Origin: Zygophlyctis sp. KS116
Lineage: Eukaryota > Fungi > Chytridiomycota
Length of the DNA stretch: 32,000 nucleotides
Direction: 5' to 3'
Assembly (NCBI GenBank): GCA_054661495.1
Contig: BAAFSQ010000076.1
Coordinates: 8,084-40,083 of the forward strand
Shown: piece by piece, positions 25,501 through 32,000 of the stretch
Position numbering within the stretch: the stretch's first letter is position 1
Layout of the letters: each line of letters starts with the position of its first letter
The notes under the pieces: generated by a model
Told to the model about the DNA's origin: nothing
What the model saw: the letters and a program-made list of their open reading frames with translations, nothing else
Database searches by the model: none
Position numbers and translations under genes: made by a program

Positions 25501-27003
25501 GCTTGAAAGAGGCCCGGAAACTCTGAGAGAAATATCTTTTAATCAGGCGTTTGGCCGAGACCTTCAAGAAGCTCAAGAATGGTGCCGAAAGTATAAGAAA
25601 ACGTTAAATGTTGATGATCTTAATCAATCTTGGGATTTGTATTACCAAGTATTTAGACGAATTACTAAGCAACTTCCTCAGTTAACAACATTAGAATTAC
25701 AATATGTTTCACCCAGATTGCAAGCTGTATCTGACTTGGAATTAGCCATTCCAGGATCGTATCGGAGCGGGGATCCAATTGTCAGAATATCTTCATTCAA
25801 TCCCACTCTTACAGTGATGACTTCTAAGCAGCGCCCTCGGCGATTGAATATAAAAGGCAGTGATGGAAAAGAATATCAATATTTGCTGAAAGGCCATGAA
25901 GACTTAAGGCAAGACGAGCGAGTGATGCAATTATTTGGCTTAGTAAACACAATTTTGGCGGCTGATCCTGAAACATTTAAGCGTCATTTAAGTATTCATA
26001 GGTATCCTGTAATTCCTCTATCTCCTAATTCCGGTCTCATTGGCTGGGTGCCGTCGTGTGATACTCTTCATTCATTGATTCGTGATTTTCGCGAGAGTCG
26101 TAAAATACTTTTGAATATTGAACATCGTCTAATGCTTCAGATGGCGCCCGACTATGATAATCTTACTCTTTTGCAAAAAGTAGAAGTCTTTGAATATGCT
26201 CTTGAAAATACTACAGGACAGGATCTCTACAAGGTTTTATGGCTCAAGAGCAAAAACTCAGAGGTAAATTATATTGAATAAAACTTTTAGACATGGTTAG
26301 AGAGAAGAACAAATTATACACGTTCTCTGGCCGTCATGTCAATGGTTGGCTATATTTTGGGACTTGGAGATCGCCATCCTTCCAACTTGATGCTTGAAAA
26401 AAATACTGGTAAAGTGATCCATATTGATTTTGGTGACTGTTTCGAGGTAAACTTTCTTAATTAAAATTAGGTTGCAATGCACCGAGACAAATTTCCAGAA
26501 AAGATCCCCTTTAGATTAACCCGTATGTTGATTAATGCAATGGAAGTCTCTGGAATTGAAGGAACTTTTAGGATCACTTCTGAAAATGTCATGAGAGTCA
26601 TTAGAGAAAACAAGGAATCACTAATGGCCGTCCTTGAAGCCTTTTTATACGATCCTTTGATAAACTGGAGACTACTCAACGCTGCCAGTCCTAAAGAAGG
26701 AAAAACACCACTTAACCCAACTCTACCCCTCCCCAGCGCCCCTAGAAAAATGAAAACAGAGCTTGAATTATTGGTTTCAGGTGATTAAACCTAGTTCTAA
26801 TTATAGATGAAGCTCCTAAACCGGAAATACTTAATACTAGAGCTTTAACAGTTATGAATCGCGTCTCAAACAAGTTGACTGGTAGAGATTTCAAGCCCAA
26901 TATTACCCTGGACGTACCTTTACAAGTTCAACGCTTAATCCTTCAAGCAACCTCACTGGAAAATCTATCTCAATGTTATATTGGTTGGTGCGCATTCTGG
27001 TAG
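19528..27003 (+). CDS. TOR: Target of rapamycin kinase, about 2327 aa; 18 micro-introns
   Basis: HEAT, FAT ([22 protein letters not shown]), FRB ([17 protein letters not shown]), kinase ([36 protein letters not shown]) and FATC (YIGWCAFW*). Required introns: 19572-19596, 19822-19847, 20137-20164, 21023-21050, 21121-21152, 21281-21311, 21385-21410, 21652-21681, 22133-22160, 22386-22414, 23027-23056, 23167-23190, 24524-24550, 26264-26290, 26447-26470, 26781-26806. In-frame candidates: 20568-20591, 20889-20915. Confidence 0.97.
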
Positions 27004-27011
27004 ATTAGATA

Positions 27012-27503
27012 TCAATTCTTTTTCTTATCAGAATTCTTTACCCACACATTAATCTTTAAAGCTGTAAAGAGAATCACAATAAAAGCCAACCATCTGCTTA
27101 AAGTAGACACCATTGGATTCCATGATTTGACATAAATCCCCTTGTAAGTTGAGAAAGCAGTGTACATTGTCCCATTGATTGAATATTTTACGACTGCAGG
27201 ATACACCTTTATCATTCCGTGTACTTTTGGCGACACTACAAAAGAGGTCTTGTACGTAGCATCCACTGGCAAGTCTGGAATTTTCTGATAATTCTTTCCT
27301 GAAATTATTTTAAAAGCACTTCCATTGTTAAATGTTTGATCATGAAACAAAATTTCTGAAATAGGAACAGAACCTGCATTTGTCAAGGTTACCAATACAG
27401 TAAAATTATTATTTTTGAGTATAGTAGACTCCTTGACAGACTTTGAGACAATTAAAAAGGAGGAAATTGTCTTTAGCAAAACCAAAAACAATAAAATTTT
27501 CAT
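27012..27503 (-). CDS. SSR2: Translocon-associated protein beta (TRAP-beta/SSR2-like), 163 aa
   Basis: First ATG at 27503 gives signal peptide MKILLFLVLLKTISS, then LIVSKS...FTVLVTLTNAGS...FKIISG...FVVSP..G....PAVVKY, one C-terminal TM segment and a KKKN tail. This layout and these motifs match TRAP-beta. Confidence 0.75.
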   Translation of the reverse strand: MKILLFLVLLKTISSFLIVSKSVKESTILKNNNFTVLVTLTNAGSVPISEILFHDQTFNNGSAFKIISGKNYQKIPDLPVDATYKTSFVVSPKVHGMIKVYPAVVKYSINGTMYTAFSTYKGIYVKSWNPMVSTLSRWLAFIVILFTALKINVWVKNSDKKKN

Positions 27504-28234
27504 TAAGATTTTAGGCTTAGGAACCAAAGATCTGTAAAAGTAATCTTACAATAGTCAATCAGACTATTAAAACTTTCTTTATATCCAGAGTCTAATGCAG
27601 CTCTCAATAGACAAGAACAACCTAATCTAGATAAATGAGAGAATTCTAATAATTTTCTCGTTATTTGAGCATCATTTAAACTTGTAAGAATGATTTCAGT
27701 GTTTGGAGAACATCCATGATTTAATAGATGACTAATAATTTCTAAATTTGAGTTTTGGCATGCAAGTAACAAGTGACTGTCTGATAATTTAACCTTGAAC
27801 CTAGTACTAAAATATTCCAAAATTTTCAACTGATTATAGATAATTGAATGAAATACCATCTCTGCAGTACATTCCTTTGAAATTTGTATAATTTTCAATT
27901 GTCCAAATTTAATAGCAGTTAAAAAACAACTATAATTTCCAAATTTTAGATCCCAGTATTTATAATATTGATTTAGTAAATTTATTTGAGAGTTTTTGAG
28001 TACAATTTCAATTAGATCTGTTCGATCTTGAGAAATATCTATTTTATCTTTAAATTTTAGAAATTTTTCAAGATTTCCTGTAGAGGAATAGTACTCTAAA
28101 ACAAGAGGAAACAATTGTTTAGGAATAGATTGATAAGGAAAGACTAGAGTGAAATTTCTATAATCATTTAAATCCCAAATTCCAGTCTCAAAAGCTAATT
28201 TTACCAAGTGATCTAAAACATCAAAGTGAAACAT
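27503..28234 (-). CDS. Degenerate ankyrin-repeat protein, 243 aa, intronless
   Basis: Repeated ankyrin-like units FLTAIKFGQLKII, FHSIIYNQLKILEYF, LLLACQNSNLEIISHLLNHGCSPN, LLRAALDSGYKE. First ATG is 28234 (preceded by AAAAA); the track start 28249 is TTG. Confidence 0.7.
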   Translation of the reverse strand: MFHFDVLDHLVKLAFETGIWDLNDYRNFTLVFPYQSIPKQLFPLVLEYYSSTGNLEKFLKFKDKIDISQDRTDLIEIVLKNSQINLLNQYYKYWDLKFGNYSCFLTAIKFGQLKIIQISKECTAEMVFHSIIYNQLKILEYFSTRFKVKLSDSHLLLACQNSNLEIISHLLNHGCSPNTEIILTSLNDAQITRKLLEFSHLSRLGCSCLLRAALDSGYKESFNSLIDYCKITFTDLWFLSLKS

Positions 28235-28253
28235 TTTTTCCGTAAACAAATAT

Positions 28254-28652
28254 TTATTTCTTTCCTCTAGACTTTTTATTAATAGATTTCACGGGTAATT
28301 GAGACTCCAAAAGACGACTTGCACGAGCCATGGCAGCCTTTACCAAATCAGGTCTGTAACCCTTAACAATACCCTGAACTGACTTTGTAGTAGATCTTGC
28401 TGGTTTATAAATTGTAGAAGAATTTAAACTTTTAGAAGGCTTGGTAGAATTCTTTGTTTTTGTAGAAACTGTAATTCCCTTTGCTCCTGATTGAATAGAA
28501 ACTGTTTTAGCAGGAGCCAATCCAGAGTATTTGAAAGAATGTTTATTCATTAGATTCCCTGGCTCTCTTGATAGAATGATACCATTTCTCTTTACCATGA
28601 AAGAGGAATTAGCTCTAGTAAGGCCCCAAATGAGATCAGACTGCGAAGACAT
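28254..28652 (-). CDS. RPL28: 60S ribosomal protein eL28, 132 aa, intronless
   Basis: MSSQSDLIWGLTRANSSFMVKR...LSREPGNLMNKHSFKYSGL...YRPDLVKAAMARASRLL matches the eL28 family (mammalian RPL28 nomenclature). Confidence 0.93.
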   Translation of the reverse strand: MSSQSDLIWGLTRANSSFMVKRNGIILSREPGNLMNKHSFKYSGLAPAKTVSIQSGAKGITVSTKTKNSTKPSKSLNSSTIYKPARSTTKSVQGIVKGYRPDLVKAAMARASRLLESQLPVKSINKKSRGKK

Positions 28653-28742
28653 TTTTAACTTTTTTTTGATCTTGACCCAGGCCTGACCTTTCTTGGAAGA
28701 GACTCTACAATCTCATCTTATTATTATTATTATGGCGCAGTA

Positions 28743-28870
28743 TTTAACCTAGGTTGTTTTCATTTTAAACCTACCTTCTTTTAAACCTACATATTTTATT
28801 TTAATTTTAAACCTAAGTTGATAAGAGTTGATTTAATTTTAAACCTATTGTAAGTTGATACCTATTGTAA
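28743..28870. repeat. Cluster of short direct repeats TTTTAAACCTA (x4) plus variants
   Basis: Exact copies at 28763-28773, 28779-28789, 28805-28815, 28837-28847; palindrome AACCTAGGTT 28746-28755; repeated AAGTTGATA and ACCTATTGTAA sub-units. Confidence 0.85.
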
Positions 28871-28902
28871 AAACCCAGAATTGACCCTTAAAAATTTAAT
28901 AA

Positions 28903-28957
28903 AATCTCTTTCAGTTAAAGTAAAAATATTATTTTTAATCTCTTTCAGTAAAAGTAA
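28903..28957. repeat. Direct repeat AATCTCTTTCAGT(T/A)AAAGTAA (x2)
   Basis: Copies at 28903-28923 and 28937-28957 with one mismatch. Confidence 0.8.
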
Positions 28958-28989
28958 CTGTAAAAATATAATTTAAAAAAAAAAGAATT

Positions 28990-29874
28990 TTACTTCAAGA
29001 CTTGTTGTCTTGGGATCCCTTCCAAAACTTGCAACACAAACAAGCGATTTAATACAATTTCCATTATAGATCCAATTAAAGTATTTTTTAATCGTGAATT
29101 CTTTAATGAAAAACAAGAGACTTTTGATATTTTCCAGGAATATTTGTCAAAAGAATCTGGAATTTCTGATAAAATTCTCCAATAATCTTCTTTAGAATAC
29201 GTACGTAGAGCTGAAAGTATACCATCAATTGTCAAGATCAGAGGTATCACAGGAATTATAATATTCATAAATCTTGTAAAAGTTAACGGTCTGATATAGA
29301 GTAAATACAATATCCAAGATACGTAAAACAAAATACACTGAGAGAGAACAGAAAAAATTGAACAATCAGGAAGATCTACTATAATAATACAATGTGAATT
29401 TTCAATTGTATCCTTCAAGACTCTTTTAGCAATATGTTCTTCTAAATGATGAAAAGCACCAAAACAAGTTCTAATCACTTGTTTAGAGTCTTTGAATAGA
29501 GAAGCAGGAATTTTACAAGCATCAACAGGTTCTTTATGATAAGAAACAAGAGTATTTCCTGATAGATTATCAATAGATTCTTGATTAGGATACAAATCTG
29601 TCAATAGAATCTTTACAGGAACAGTTGTAGAGTTATACAGAGTAGAAGCTATTTTAAGTAGAGGACCTCCTGATCCAGAACAAATATCAATGATTTTTGG
29701 ATTTTTCCCCAAATTTCTTTCTAGAATTTCAGTCACTGCAAGATACGGAGGAGTAAAAAAAGGAATTGGAAGATCTAGCATCCACAGTTTCTCCAAAATT
29801 AGAGTTATTTCATTTCTCCAAGACTCTGGAAACCATTCTTGGTCATGGAATTCAAAAAGAGAACGTCTTTTCAT
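28990..29874 (-). CDS. Class I SAM-dependent methyltransferase-like protein with a hydrophobic segment, 294 aa, intronless
   Basis: Motif I IIDICSGSGGP, LTDLYPN, PVDA, RTCFGAFHH, and DGILSALRTYS. N-terminal LFEFHDQEWFP recalls an uncharacterised bacterial/fungal family, which favours ATG 29874 (MKRRSLFEF) as start. Confidence 0.8.
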   Translation of the reverse strand: MKRRSLFEFHDQEWFPESWRNEITLILEKLWMLDLPIPFFTPPYLAVTEILERNLGKNPKIIDICSGSGGPLLKIASTLYNSTTVPVKILLTDLYPNQESIDNLSGNTLVSYHKEPVDACKIPASLFKDSKQVIRTCFGAFHHLEEHIAKRVLKDTIENSHCIIIVDLPDCSIFSVLSQCILFYVSWILYLLYIRPLTFTRFMNIIIPVIPLILTIDGILSALRTYSKEDYWRILSEIPDSFDKYSWKISKVSCFSLKNSRLKNTLIGSIMEIVLNRLFVLQVLEGIPRQQVLK

Positions 29875-29885
29875 TAGAAAAAAAA

Positions 29886-30868
29886 ATGTCAAATTCATCA
29901 AAACCATCGGCATCTCTGCATTTTATGGCTGGAGGTATTGGTGGGACAGTTGGAGCTTCTCTTTTATGTCCTCTGGAAGTTGCAAAGACTAGATTGCAAT
30001 CTTCTTTATACAAAACTCAAGAATTTTCAAAGTCTAGAAATCCTTTTTCTTTAATTTCATTTCATGTTAAAGGAGTCTTTAAAATGCTTCACAAAATACA
30101 ACAGGAAGAAGGATTTAGAGCTCTTTACAAAGGATTGGGAGTAAATCTTGTCGGGGTAGTTCCAGCAAGAGCAATTTATTTTTCAACTTATTCTCAAGGA
30201 AAGCATATATATACTCAAATAAACAATAATAAAGAAACCTCATTGGTACATATGTTATCAGCTGCTACAGCTGGGACTGCTACAGCAATGTGTACTAATC
30301 CAATATGGGTTGCAAAAACTAGAGTACAGTTAGATTCATCTCTAGATAAGGGTGAAAGGAAATATACAAACAGTTTTAATGCTTTAAGAATAATTATAAA
30401 AGAAGAAGGAATTAGAGGACTATATAAAGGTCTTTCTGCTAGTATTTTAGGACTTTCAGAGTCTACAATACAATTTGTATTGTATGAATATTTAAAAAAG
30501 AAGACTCTTTCTAAAAAAGAAATAATACAAGATGAAAGACAGAAATTAGGTATAATTTTCTATTTTTAATAATTCTAGATTGGATAGAAACATTTGGAAC
30601 AGCAGCAACTGCAAAATTAATAGCTGCCATGATCACATATCCACATGAAGTACTAAGGACAAGATTAAGACAGGCTCCAGTCAATGGAGTTCAAAAGTAT
30701 AACGGATTAATTAATTCTTTTAAAATGATTTTACGGGAAGAAGGAGTAGCTGCATTATATGGAGGCATGACTGCTCATTTACTTAGGGTAGTACCAAATG
30801 CAGCTATATTATTCTTTTGCTATGAATTGGTAATTCATACTTTTGAAAAAAATACTTCAAAAGAGTAA
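29886..30868 (+). CDS. RIM2: Mitochondrial pyrimidine nucleotide carrier (Rim2/SLC25A33/36-like), 317 aa; intron 30550-30578
   Basis: Three carrier signatures PLEVAKTRLQ, PIWVAKTRVQ, PHEVLRTRLR, plus NLVGVVPARAIYF typical of Rim2. First in-frame ATG is 29886; the 29-nt intron restores frame. Confidence 0.9.
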
Positions 30869-30884
30869 AACAAAGACTTGAATT

Positions 30885-31702
30885 CTAATTTTTAAATGCT
30901 CTGAAATTAAATCCATAGAGATAACCTAAAAATCTATCATCTTCTAATTCATCTTCAAAAAACATTTTCCTCATCCTAAAAAATGTTTTACAAGTCAATA
31001 GTGCATCTGATCCTGCCTGATGTTGTGGTCCTATTCTAGCAATTTGTAATTCATCTGCAACGTCTTGTAATCCACCTTTTAAAGATTTACAACTTTTCAT
31101 CAAGAATTTAATATCATAAATTCCAGGAAAGTATATGTAGAGCAAATTGAAAAAATCTTCCTCCTTACTAGGCAACTGTTTACACGAAAGAACTTTAAGT
31201 AAATAACCAAAATCATAACCCGAATGAAATGATACCCATTTAGTATTTGGGACTAAAACCAGACCAGAAGATATTAATAATTCCCCTATAAAATATTTAG
31301 AAAATACAAGAAAATACCAAAATGTTCTACATCGATCCCAAATTCTTCATGTTTAGAAAATTCAATACCAGAGTTTGATAACATATCAATTGAATCTTTT
31401 GCATACATATCAACAGATAGACTAAATTTAAAATTGAATTGCCATGTATGAACATTTGGACACAAGTTACCATCTTCATCAGAGAATGTTAACCCGAGTT
31501 GAATTATATTCAGTAGATCCACATTTACTCTTAATGTTTGGTAAGTGTAATCACAAGAATTCTTAAAAGTACCAATAGGCCTTGCAACTATTCCCGGAAA
31601 CTCTGTATCCATGGATATATATGGATACTTGTCAATCAAATCTTGTATAATTAGCATTTCATGCTCAAAATTGGAAGCCCAAACTTCTCTAATTGCGTCC
31701 AT
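30885..31702 (-). CDS. CAF1: CCR4-NOT deadenylase Caf1/Pop2 (CNOT7-like), 261 aa; intron 31286-31317
   Basis: IREVWASN, SMDTEFPGIVARP, IIQLGLTF, TWQFNF, FG|ELLISSGLV, SFHSGYDFGY, YDIKFL, GPQHQAGSDALLT: intact DEDDh catalytic residues. Confidence 0.96.
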
Positions 31703-31805
31703 TTTTGCGTTAAATTAGGGCCTGCGGACTACTAGAATGATGATATCTCTCATCTCTACCAACGATTGCAGCTCTCGTTAAGGTACCGCAATCTCTATAT
31801 ACAGC

Positions 31806-31854
31806 TGCGGCATGTAGAAAATGTACCGCATTCATAGATCTACAGCATGCCGCA
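31806..31854. repeat. Imperfect inverted repeat within a TGCGG/CCGCA motif cluster
   Basis: Arms TGCGGCATGTAGA (31806-31818) and TCTACAGCATGCCGCA (31839-31854) pair with a 3-nt bulge. Confidence 0.6.
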
Positions 31855-31876
31855 ACTCTTTTTAAAAAATTAAAAT

Positions 31877-32000
31877 ATGCCTTCAATTATTAAGATCTCT
31901 ACTGCTTTTGCCTTACTAGCTGTTGCTCATGCTAGAATAGATACTTTAAATGAGCGAAATCTAGTAGCAAGAAGCTATCCCATTGGCGAATCTTCTTATG
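31877..32000 (+). CDS. Probable secreted protein, N-terminus only (runs off window)
   Basis: MPSIIKISTAFALLAVAHA|RIDTLNERNLVAR|SYPIGESSY: hydrophobic signal peptide with an A-x-A cleavage motif and a propeptide-like LVAR. Frame is open to the window edge. Confidence 0.65.
   Translation, partial: MPSIIKISTAFALLAVAHARIDTLNERNLVARSYPIGESSY

Noticed and set aside
26700-26736. Possible non-canonical GA-AG intron in TOR (CTTAAC, C-rich tract, CAG)
   Set aside because: At 37 nt it would break a frame that is already intact; it reads as a Pro-rich linker.
1018-27003. Pseudogenes, programmed frameshifts or stop-codon reassignment as the cause of fragmented ORFs
   Set aside because: Every internal stop or frame change coincides with a 24-32 nt GT-AG segment whose removal restores conserved sequence. 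Spliced lengths are multiples of 3, and TAA, TAG and TGA all serve as real terminators.
28743-28870. CRISPR array or telomere
   Set aside because: The repeats are only 11 nt with short, irregular, self-similar spacers, in a eukaryotic context, and are not tandem or terminal.
29766-29885. N-terminal extension of RIM2 overlapping the methyltransferase
   Set aside because: The track start is TTG; the first in-frame ATG is 29886, in an A-rich context just before the carrier domain.
911-29992. Short antisense or alternate-frame ORFs in the track (e.g. 911-1096, 4303-4620, 6011-6412, 9939-10259, 29690-29992)
   Set aside because: They are shadows of well-supported genes, with no recognisable motifs.
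31737-31876. Box C/D snoRNA (ATGATGA at 31737-31743)
   Set aside because: No CTGA D box downstream within the spacer and no terminal stem.
1-32000. tRNA, rRNA or transposable elements
   Set aside because: Spacers are too small and show no cloverleaf, terminal repeats or transposase/RT ORFs that I can recognise.

Overview
Eukaryotic, AT-rich nuclear DNA, most consistent with an early-diverging (chytrid-like) fungus. That assignment is inferred from the protein sequences and gene content (ABCA, eL28, TRAP-beta, fungal-type TRA1/TOR/YJU2). The window is extremely compact: 13 genes cover about 97% of it, with about 0.9 kb of intergenic DNA in total. In order: ABCA transporter 3' end, VMA3, UTP10, TRA1, YJU2 (-), TOR, TRAP-beta (-), an ankyrin-repeat protein (-), RPL28 (-), a SAM methyltransferase (-), RIM2, CAF1/POP2 (-), and the start of a secreted protein. 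The ORF track is fragmented because of tiny GT-AG introns. I placed 48 by hand, all 24-33 nt (mean about 27 nt): 41 are needed to restore frame or remove stops, and 7 are in-frame, stop-free candidates. The most unusual signals are operon-like. (i) The whole 24-nt VMA3-UTP10 spacer looks like a micro-intron, contains AATAAA, and its removal joins TGA directly to ATG. (ii) RPL28, the ankyrin gene and TRAP-beta are separated by 19 nt and then a TAATG stop/start overlap. (iii) Two divergent gene pairs have start codons only 11 and 45 nt apart. (iv) Splice-acceptor-like AGs sit immediately before several start codons. Together these suggest polycistronic or overlapping transcription resolved by splicing, polyadenylation or re-initiation. 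This is a hypothesis that needs RNA data.
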